Below, piece by piece: positions 26,669 to 34,132 of a stretch of 47,331 nt of DNA. This stretch comes from a virus (lineage: Duplodnaviria; Heunggongvirae; Uroviricota; Caudoviricetes), in IMG/VR virus record IMGVR_UViG_2778261458_000002, one strand, 5' to 3'. The notes beneath the pieces are model-generated. The model did not search any database. It was given only the letters and a program-made list of their open reading frames with translations, and had not been told where the DNA came from. Position 1 is the stretch's first letter; each line of letters begins with the position of its first letter. Both the position numbers and the translations under genes were made by a program.

Positions 26669-26744
26669 GGCCCCTTAGCTCAGTGGTTAGAGCAGGCGAC
26701 TCATAATCGCACGGTCATCGGTTCAAATCCGGTAGGGGCCACCA
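26669..26744 (+). tRNA. tRNA with CAU anticodon, ileX-like (tRNA-Ile2 lysidine type) or tRNA-Met
   Basis: 76 nt, GGCCCCTTAGCTCAGTGGTTAGAGCAGGCGACTCATAATCGC... with acceptor stem GGCCCCT/AGGGGCC and 3' CCA; 5' half matches my recollection of E. coli ileX. Confidence 0.85.
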
Positions 26745-27030
26745 ATTCACTCTCACACATAAAGATAAGCGCGGTGGAGTTACTTCTTCGTGCTCATCTT
26801 TATGCGTGCCTGGTGCGCATTTCGGAGGCAGGGCCTGTTATCCGCAAAGGGGTAAAAGCTGGAGCGGCACGGAACTGTAGCCGTGTGACCAAAACAGCGT
26901 TGTCGGGCGATATCCGGCACACAACAGGCAAGGGCATTAATCAGTCTGGTTAGTGCCCTTTTCGTTGTGTTTGCTGTAGAGCTGGCCAGCGTTATGACTG
27001 CCGGAGATAAGCGCCGGAGGCACAACTAAC

Positions 27031-27618
27031 ATGGAGGCAATTGCATTGTTTAATCTGATTTATGCAGATCCCCCCTGGGAATACAAAGACAAGTGTAAGG
27101 ATGGGAATCGTGGCGCTGGTTTTAAGTATCCAACGATGAAAGCTGAGGAGATTGCTCGTATTCCTGTCTGGCAGCTTGCTAATCCTGAATCGTGTTTGTT
27201 GGCCATGTGGTGGGTTCCGACTCAGCCAGAAGAAGCGTTGCTGGTGGTGAAAGCATGGGGATTCAGGCTTATGACCATGAAGGGCTTCACATGGAACAAA
27301 TGTGGTAGCCGACAGCCAGATAAGCTGGTGATGGGGATGGGGCATATGACTCGTGCGAACAGTGAAGATTGCTTGTTTGCGGTAAAAGGCAAACTGCCGA
27401 CCCGCCTTGATGCGGGAATCATTCAGTCGTTTACATCGCCTCGTCTGGAACATTCACGGAAGCCTGATGTGGTTCGTGACAAGCTGGTAAGACTGTTAGG
27501 TGATGTTCCTCGTATTGAGCTGTTTGCTCGCGGTGATTTACCTGATGGCTGGCATGGCTGGGGCAACCAGTGCAATGGAGGTATCCAATTGCATGATGCT
27601 CTCTGGCAAGTGGTATAG
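27031..27618 (+). CDS. DNA N6-adenine methyltransferase, MT-A70 family (orphan)
   Basis: 195-aa ORF with IYADPPWEY catalytic motif; no restriction endonuclease gene adjacent. Confidence 0.75.
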   Translation: MEAIALFNLIYADPPWEYKDKCKDGNRGAGFKYPTMKAEEIARIPVWQLANPESCLLAMWWVPTQPEEALLVVKAWGFRLMTMKGFTWNKCGSRQPDKLVMGMGHMTRANSEDCLFAVKGKLPTRLDAGIIQSFTSPRLEHSRKPDVVRDKLVRLLGDVPRIELFARGDLPDGWHGWGNQCNGGIQLHDALWQVV

Positions 27619-27730
27619 AATTATATAATTATAGATTTATATAAAAAGTACTTTACAGGTGAGAAAAAATTTCCTAAGGTTGTACCCGAAACCGAGCGAT
27701 ACCCGCCCTGGTTAAACCGGAGATAACCCG
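27617..27730 (+). promoter_or_regulatory. conserved promoter + 5' leader module, copy C
   Basis: Near-identical to copies A and B; ends at ATG 27731. Confidence 0.5.
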
Positions 27731-28000
27731 ATGAAAGTACAAGACCGTGAAGTAGTAAAAAACCTCCTGCAATACCTGACCTCAAAAAATCTGACGGGCA
27801 GCGTTGAGTTCCGTGAAGCGTTAAAACATTTCAACGTCACTACGGTTTATCGTTGGGAAAACCAACATTCTGAAAGACCGTATGTGGTGGATGTTTTTGC
27901 GCCTGATATTGAGTGCGGTTTTGAGCGCCATTCATTCAAAAAGAAACATTCCGCTGATGTTTTTTGTGAGGTTGTATGTGCGGCAGGAGATGATGAGTGA
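27731..28000 (+). CDS. hypothetical protein
   Basis: 89-aa ORF starting at end of module C. Confidence 0.45.
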   Translation: MKVQDREVVKNLLQYLTSKNLTGSVEFREALKHFNVTTVYRWENQHSERPYVVDVFAPDIECGFERHSFKKKHSADVFCEVVCAAGDDE

Positions 28001-28197
28001 TGCGTATTTCCTTCAAACGTGCGACTGAGCAGCAACGCAAAGAGTTCCTGGCTGATGATGTTGCGGCCGTTTATGACCTCATGAAAGAGGTTGTGGAATC
28101 AGGAAACTACACGGCGGCAAAGATGCTTAAACTGCAATTCTTGCTGGGCGACCTGAAATACAAATCCGAAGTTGTCGCCGGACGACGCGAGCATTAA
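27997..28197 (+). CDS. hypothetical protein
   Basis: 66-aa ORF, ATGA-coupled to upstream gene; terminator-like hairpin follows at ~28219-28245. Confidence 0.35.
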   Translation: MMRISFKRATEQQRKEFLADDVAAVYDLMKEVVESGNYTAAKMLKLQFLLGDLKYKSEVVAGRREH

Positions 28198-28271
28198 ACC
28201 GTAACGATAACGAACAACGAGCCTCGGCAATTGCCGGGGCTTTTTTACATCCAGACAAAGGAGAACATGGG

Positions 28272-28571
28272 ATGCCTTCGACAAGCACCAAAAAAGAAAT
28301 GGCGGTTAGTGATGTGCTTTACGCGCTTTCGACTATATGTGACGGAGCAATGATGAGGATGAAAGTCCTCCATGAAGCATACGGAAAAAGTCACGATGAG
28401 GCAGCTAAAGAATGCCTGAATGAGATTGTGGACTTCATTGATAGCCATCGTTCAGTTATATCGCGTCAACCGACAGCGTCGTCCATCACGATTAGCGCAC
28501 CGGTTATCAATATATCAGTAACTGCGGCATGTAAATCAGCAGCGGAAGATGATCGTGCTTATGCCGAGTGA
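28272..28571 (+). CDS. hypothetical protein
   Basis: 99-aa ORF with upstream AAGGAGAA. Confidence 0.4.
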   Translation: MPSTSTKKEMAVSDVLYALSTICDGAMMRMKVLHEAYGKSHDEAAKECLNEIVDFIDSHRSVISRQPTASSITISAPVINISVTAACKSAAEDDRAYAE

Positions 28572-28761
28572 TTTGTTCTGGTTTCCGCTTCCAATAAGAG
28601 ATTTGTTGGTATTTCTGGCTGGCGCTTACGTCTGGAGAAAAGCGAAAGATACCTCGTTATCTTTGAGGTTTGTCTTAGCTATATCGGTAGGAACCGCGCT
28701 GGGTACGGCGTATCTCTTGATATTACTGGAGGTATTCATTGAAAAATGGATAGTTTCATGA
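28549..28761 (+). CDS. small membrane protein
   Basis: 70-aa ORF with two hydrophobic helices. Confidence 0.3.
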   Translation: MIVLMPSDLFWFPLPIRDLLVFLAGAYVWRKAKDTSLSLRFVLAISVGTALGTAYLLILLEVFIEKWIVS

Positions 28762-28910
28762 ATGGTCTTGGCATTTTTCTGATGGTTGTGGCCGTGTGTT
28801 TTTGTATCTCGCTGGTGGTTATTGCTGGTGTCCTGTGGCGCATCTTAGTGGCGCAGAGAGCTTTTCGGCGTAAGCGGGAGCAATTATTGATTGATAAATT
28901 TAGGCAGTAA
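28758..28910 (+). CDS. small membrane peptide (50 aa)
   Basis: Own translation of 28758-28910: MNGLGIFLMVVAVCFCISLVVIAGVLWRIL...; below ORF-track cutoff. Confidence 0.25.
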   Translation: MNGLGIFLMVVAVCFCISLVVIAGVLWRILVAQRAFRRKREQLLIDKFRQ

Positions 28911-28996
28911 TTGGTCGATTAAAATGAGGCATAAATAAAACAATGTGTCTTTTTTAAAGGTTGTGTAACATTTGCGTTCCATTTAAGGAGGGTAAA

Positions 28997-29404
28997 ATGC
29001 GCACCGATCTAGATTATCTAAAAAAGATGCTGACTGTGTTTTTGGATTCAGAAAGCACGTTCATAACAGTAAATCAACTAAGAGATGCGGGGTTTGATAT
29101 AGCCTCAGAAAAGGGCATGTTTCATTATATGCAATTGATTGAGCAAGGTTTTATCAGCAATATGAAGATGGAAACGCGTGATCCTCTGCGTCTTGGCTAT
29201 GTTAATTCCTTTGCAGGAATGAGGACTGTTGATGTAGATATTAGATTGACTACAGAGGGACAGGATTTTGCCTGTGCACTAGAGAGCAAAGATGTTTTCG
29301 CTAGACTAAAAGAAATTAGCAATGAGCCATTGGCTGTTATGAAGGATGTTGGTGTAGAACTTCTCAAGTCATTGGCAAAGAAGAAGTTTGGTTTATCTGA
29401 TTAG
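28997..29404 (+). CDS. hypothetical protein
   Basis: 135 aa from ATG 28997 (AAGGAGG RBS 6 nt upstream); followed by strong terminator. Confidence 0.45.
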   Translation: MRTDLDYLKKMLTVFLDSESTFITVNQLRDAGFDIASEKGMFHYMQLIEQGFISNMKMETRDPLRLGYVNSFAGMRTVDVDIRLTTEGQDFACALESKDVFARLKEISNEPLAVMKDVGVELLKSLAKKKFGLSD

Positions 29405-29434
29405 TGCAGATACCTGTTTGCTATTTATTTATAA

Positions 29435-29462
29435 AACCACCTGCGGGTGGTTTTGTTTTTTT
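29435..29462 (+). terminator. intrinsic terminator
   Basis: AACCACC-TGCG-GGTGGTT hairpin followed by TTTTGTTTTTTT. Confidence 0.7.
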
Positions 29463-29696
29463 AGCATTACAGCAGCTCTTGTGCTTACCAGGGGCTGCGA
29501 TAATGCGCAAACCAAAGCTGCCTCATTAACTCCAGCTCGCTGTAGAGTTAATGCTGGTTGCTTTTTTATTACTGGAAGGTGGGCGACCGCCGTCAGTTGC
29601 GACCTGACGACAGTCATTCATACCCACAGGGTGCCGTGGATACAAACCGAGGCCCACTTGCTTGCACAAGCGAGGGGATTTTAGCGGATAAACGGC

Positions 29697-30320
29697 ATGA
29701 CAAAACATCTTAATGTGGTTTCTTTACCACTTTCTGTGTTGATTGGTTATGAAAAGAACGCTCGCACACACTCCGTGGAGCAGGTAGATCAGATTGTTGC
29801 CAGCATACAGGAGTACGGATGGACTAATCCGATCCTGATAGACGAGAACAACGTTGTAATTGCTGGTCATGGTCGAATTGCTGCGGCCACTCAGTTGGGG
29901 ATGGATGATGTTCCCTGCATTGTTCTGGAAGGGCTAACGGAGAATCAGAAGAAGGCATATCGTCTGGCCGACAACCGTATTCCGCTGAATGCTGGTTGGG
30001 ATGAAGAGCTGTTAAGCGCGGAGCTTGCAGATCTTGCGGCCGATGATTTTGCTCTGGACTCAATTGGTTTTACTCAGCGCGAACTGGATAACTTATTGAG
30101 TGCGGCAGTCTACGATGACACAGAGGGTATGGATATCCCATTTGAGAAGGATGAGGCCAAATCAGGCGTAAAAGTTCAGTACCTGTCATTTGGAGGTCAT
30201 AAAATCCCGGCAACGGATGAGGAAGCGGATCGTTTTGACTGCGCGGTGTCTCGTTATGTTGATGATAATGGCAGCTATATCGGATTTGTATCCGCATTGC
30301 TGGCTGGGGAGGTGTGCTGA
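29697..30320 (+). CDS. ParB-like nuclease domain protein (paralog 1)
   Basis: 207-aa ORF; KNARTHSVEQVDQIVASIQEYGWTNPILID...AGHGR ParB/Srx-type N-domain; homologous over its length to ORF 32986-33576. Confidence 0.65.
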   Translation: MTKHLNVVSLPLSVLIGYEKNARTHSVEQVDQIVASIQEYGWTNPILIDENNVVIAGHGRIAAATQLGMDDVPCIVLEGLTENQKKAYRLADNRIPLNAGWDEELLSAELADLAADDFALDSIGFTQRELDNLLSAAVYDDTEGMDIPFEKDEAKSGVKVQYLSFGGHKIPATDEEADRFDCAVSRYVDDNGSYIGFVSALLAGEVC

Positions 30321-31693
30321 TGCTTCACCTCAATTACGACATAACGCACCTACGCGGCGCGGAATATAACCCGCGTTTTATCGGTGAGGATGATCTTGCG
30401 AGGCTGGCAGAAAGCGTCAGGGAGCTGGGGCTTGTGAAGCCATTGATAGTGCGCGGCGATTTGCTGGTGGCGGGACACCAAAGGACGAAGGCGCTACGTA
30501 AGTTGGGAATAACGCGTGCTGCGGTGTATGTGTTGCCCTGTGAAACGACGGTATACGACGAAGTACGGTTTAACCAACTGCATAACGGAACGGATTTTGA
30601 TAGCGGAGATGAGCGTTGCAGGGTGTCCGGTCTGGAAGATAAGCATGGTTTTGTTCAGGTATCGGCAAGCCAGATCTCAGGCAATATGCGCGCGAAAATG
30701 GCATATGTTCGAAAGAACATAGCGGAACTGGTTATCAAGTATGGTCCGTGGGGGGGTTGTGTTGCGACTCAGTCTGGCGAGGTTATTCACTGTGCTCAGT
30801 ATGCATTAGCAGCGAAGATGACGCGCACACCGCTAACGGTGTTTGTGATCCCTGATGTTGAGAAGGAAAAATACCAAAGTTATCTGAATAAAACTTATGG
30901 TGTATTTGAGTATTCTCATCTGGAGAAAACAACATACATCCAGACGTATGCGCAGCTTATGCGGTTGCGTAATGGTGGCAGCCTGAAATCAAACCTGTAT
31001 GAGTCGTTGATCCTCCCGATCATTGCCAAGACGCCAAGAGGAATTGATTTTGGTTCGGGGCAGGGAGACTACGCGCGAATGCTCAGGGCAAAGGGGTATA
31101 ACCTGCATGATCTCGAGCTTTTCCGCCGTAAGGGCGCAGGAAACACTCTGGATAGGGCTGCAACAAACCGAATGATTGATACGCTGGTGGACGACTTAAA
31201 AACGCGAGGGCGTTACGACTACGTGATTTGCGATAGCGTTTTGAACTCGGTCGATAGTGTCGAGGCTGAATGGTCCGTTCTGACGGTTCTGAAAGGCCTG
31301 TGTAAAGCTGGTGGGTCAATATTCTTTTCTGGTCGTAGCCGTGGAGAGCTGGAAACAGTCCTGAAGCAAACACAAGCGGCGAGTTCCAAAAGCCGGCTTT
31401 ATTTTATTGATCATAACGGTTTTACCGCGTTGTACCGGAAGGGGCACTGGTTTTACCAGAAGTTTCACTCTGATGATGAAGTGAAGCAGTTGTGTCGTGT
31501 ACATGGTTTCAGGATTAAGCGGTCAATATTCAACTGTAAGAGCTGGTATTTGCACGTCATTAACGATGATTCCCTTAGTTGGGCGAGTCTGGAGAAAGCT
31601 GTTCGTTTTGAGTTTGAGTTGCCGTTGCCTGGTGGTTCAACAATCGGACGATCTGATGATGTGCTGGCGGCTTTCCGGCCGTTGATTAAGTAG
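30314..31693 (+). CDS. fusion protein: ParB-like N-terminal domain + class I SAM-dependent methyltransferase-like domain
   Basis: 459-aa ORF; N-terminal NPR...VAGHQR ParB-like segment; C-terminal DFGSGQGDYARML (GxGxG) and DYVICDSVL; no DPPY/DPPW motif. Confidence 0.55.
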   Translation: MLMLHLNYDITHLRGAEYNPRFIGEDDLARLAESVRELGLVKPLIVRGDLLVAGHQRTKALRKLGITRAAVYVLPCETTVYDEVRFNQLHNGTDFDSGDERCRVSGLEDKHGFVQVSASQISGNMRAKMAYVRKNIAELVIKYGPWGGCVATQSGEVIHCAQYALAAKMTRTPLTVFVIPDVEKEKYQSYLNKTYGVFEYSHLEKTTYIQTYAQLMRLRNGGSLKSNLYESLILPIIAKTPRGIDFGSGQGDYARMLRAKGYNLHDLELFRRKGAGNTLDRAATNRMIDTLVDDLKTRGRYDYVICDSVLNSVDSVEAEWSVLTVLKGLCKAGGSIFFSGRSRGELETVLKQTQAASSKSRLYFIDHNGFTALYRKGHWFYQKFHSDDEVKQLCRVHGFRIKRSIFNCKSWYLHVINDDSLSWASLEKAVRFEFELPLPGGSTIGRSDDVLAAFRPLIK

Positions 31694-31709
31694 TGTGTAG
31701 GAGGCGCTG

Positions 31710-32429
31710 GTGGCTGACAGAATTGAGATAAAGATGGATTTTTCTTCTCAGGATATTCAACGACAACTCCAGCGCCTTGAAGAACGCGAATTGCCGTTCG
31801 CAATGGCGCTTGCGGCAACCAGAACGGCAAAGGCTTCTCAGGCTGCGATTAAGAATGAAATTAATCGGGTATTTGACAGGCCCACGCCGTGGATTCAGAA
31901 CTCTACTTACGTTTTGGCCGCAAAGAAGAGTGATCCTACAGCCATTGTGTATGCTCGTGAATGGGGAGGAACGCCAGCCCCTGTAACGTTGACTCCGCAA
32001 ATCGAAGGTGGCCAACGACAGTACAAACGCTCAGAAGGGGCGCTAAGGGCTGGTGGATATTTGCCTAACGGCTGGCAGCTTGCTCCTGGTCCCGGCGCAA
32101 AGCTGGACAAATACGGGAATATTTCGCGGGGGCAATTACAGCAGGTCTTATCTGGCCTAAGAGTTCAGCGAGATGCGCATCAAAATCGCCGTCAGGGCAA
32201 GCCTACGGAGTTTTTTGTTGTTCGACCTGGTACAAGTAACCCGCTTCAACCAGGCGTCTGGCAGCGCGTTGGGCGGCGTCCTACGTTGATCCTTACGTTT
32301 ATCCAGCAACCTAACTATTCGCAGCGTCTTGATTGGCATGGCGTGGCGCTGCGTGCTGGTGAGGATGCGTTTGCTGATGAAGTCACAAAGGCTATTGATG
32401 ACATTCTTTCTAAGACCTTCTCTCGTTAA
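31710..32429 (+). CDS. hypothetical protein
   Basis: 239-aa ORF directly downstream of ParB-MTase gene; no family recognised. Confidence 0.4.
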   Translation: MADRIEIKMDFSSQDIQRQLQRLEERELPFAMALAATRTAKASQAAIKNEINRVFDRPTPWIQNSTYVLAAKKSDPTAIVYAREWGGTPAPVTLTPQIEGGQRQYKRSEGALRAGGYLPNGWQLAPGPGAKLDKYGNISRGQLQQVLSGLRVQRDAHQNRRQGKPTEFFVVRPGTSNPLQPGVWQRVGRRPTLILTFIQQPNYSQRLDWHGVALRAGEDAFADEVTKAIDDILSKTFSR

Positions 32430-32985
32430 TCATCGTGTGGTTGATGGTGTTGTTATGCAGAGTGTATTCACTGTGTTCTGTAGTGTCGCTCGCTGGCTGT
32501 CTGTGGGGGAGCACGAGCATCGTTTCATCGTCCGGCAGAATTGGGTCCTTCTGGCCAAAAGCGTTGGATGCGGGTCATTCGAACCCCGATGTTCGGCTAG
32601 CTAAACGTGAAAAAAGTTAGGTTAAAAGTTGCGGTAAAAGAAATTTACTCATCTCATTGAAAAATATCGGGAAAACGTGATTTTTTGCTGTATTTGTGCT
32701 GGTAAAAAGAAAGTAGAAAATTTTCTTTTAGATCATCAAGATACGCGCAGATCTTTAACCAATGTGATGTTGTTCTGATAAAAATCGTTATAAATCATGC
32801 AAATACATCCAATCTTTTAACCAAAACACCATCTCAAGATCCTTTTTACTTATAAAAACTTAATAAAATCAGATATTATGCTGGTTTGTGTGATTTTTTA
32901 TGAGTAAAAAGATCGTCATTTTTCTCTTTTAGTATCAATAAGTTAAACAGTTTTCTTTAACCTGTTGTGTTATGGCGGTTAAAAA

Positions 32986-33576
32986 ATGGCTCTAAAAATC
33001 GAATATTTACCAGTCGGTAAGCTGCTCAGATATGCCAAAAATTCACGGACTCATTCAGATGAGCAAGTTGAACAGTTGGTGAACAGTATCCGTGAGTTCG
33101 GTTTCACTAATCCTGTGCTGATCGATGAAAAGAATGAACTGATTGCGGGGCATGGGCGGCTTGCAGCAGCCGAAATTCTGGAAATGGATAAAGTTCCGGC
33201 GATTCGGTTGAGTAACCTTTCTGAAAAACAGAAGAAGGCGTACAGGATTGCAGATAACAAGCTGGCCTTAAATGCTGGCTGGGATATGCAGCTTCTGGCC
33301 GAAGAAGTCAAAGAGTTAATGGATGATGATTTTGATATTGATCTGCTTGGGTTTAATGATGCAGAGCTTGACGAAATGTTAAGCGATGAACAGCCGCAGG
33401 AAGAAGACGATAATTCTTCCCCTGTTGTTCAAATTAAGTACCTGGCTATTGATAAAGAACGTATTCCCGCGACGGATATGGAAATTGCATTGTTGCTGGA
33501 TGTTTATCGTCAGTACCACGACGCGCATGAAACGCATGAGGGATTTGTTCAGTATCTTGCTAATGGTTGCAAGTAA
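32986..33576 (+). CDS. ParB-like nuclease domain protein (paralog 2), first gene of packaging operon
   Basis: 196-aa ORF sharing KNSRTHSDEQVEQLVNSIREFGFTNPVLIDE...AGHGR and C-terminal IPATD segments with paralog 1; stop overlaps terminase small subunit start. Confidence 0.65.
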   Translation: MALKIEYLPVGKLLRYAKNSRTHSDEQVEQLVNSIREFGFTNPVLIDEKNELIAGHGRLAAAEILEMDKVPAIRLSNLSEKQKKAYRIADNKLALNAGWDMQLLAEEVKELMDDDFDIDLLGFNDAELDEMLSDEQPQEEDDNSSPVVQIKYLAIDKERIPATDMEIALLLDVYRQYHDAHETHEGFVQYLANGCK

Positions 33577-34127
33577 TGGTCATCGTCAGTAAGTCAGAGT
33601 TTGCCCGCCGGAAAGGTATTTCTCCGGCAATGGTTACGAAGCTCTGTCGTTCCGGTCGCATTCCAGTGCTGAAAAGCGGCAAGCTGGATTTTGATAAAGC
33701 CAGTGCGGCTTATGAAGCGAGCCGACAGGTTGGCCGTGAGGTATCTGCTGAAAATGGAAAAAGAGGGCATGGGATATCTTCGGAACAACCAGAGTTACCC
33801 GCTGATGATGCCGGATTAGCTGGTGGTACTTCCGGTGTTGCGGTGCAATTCAACAAGGCTAAGACCGCAGAAAAAATTTATCAGGCAAAGCTGAAACGCC
33901 TTGAATTTGAAGAAAAGGAAGGCTCTCTCATCGCTAAAGATGCGGTCAGGGATGATGCATTTCTGGCAGCTAATGAATTGCGTAGCCGCTTATTTAGTAT
34001 TGCTCCAAGAGCAGCTCCCCGTTGTGAAGGCAAAACAGCCAGGGAGATCGAACGCATTATTGAAGACGAGATTAATTTTGCGCTTCAGGCGCTCCAGGAA
34101 TCCCGATTTATTAAGCAGGAAGAATAA
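33576..34127 (+). CDS. terminase small subunit (Nu1-like N-terminal HTH)
   Basis: ATG 33576 overlaps upstream TAA; SKSEFARRKGISPAMVTKLCRSGRIPV winged-HTH like lambda Nu1; directly upstream of large terminase. Confidence 0.5.
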   Translation: MVIVSKSEFARRKGISPAMVTKLCRSGRIPVLKSGKLDFDKASAAYEASRQVGREVSAENGKRGHGISSEQPELPADDAGLAGGTSGVAVQFNKAKTAEKIYQAKLKRLEFEEKEGSLIAKDAVRDDAFLAANELRSRLFSIAPRAAPRCEGKTAREIERIIEDEINFALQALQESRFIKQEE

Positions 34128-34132
34128 ACCTC

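Noticed and set aside
26543-26953. 136-aa ORF on plus strand
   Set aside because: Overlaps the tRNA gene at 26669-26744 and has no RBS; treated as spurious.
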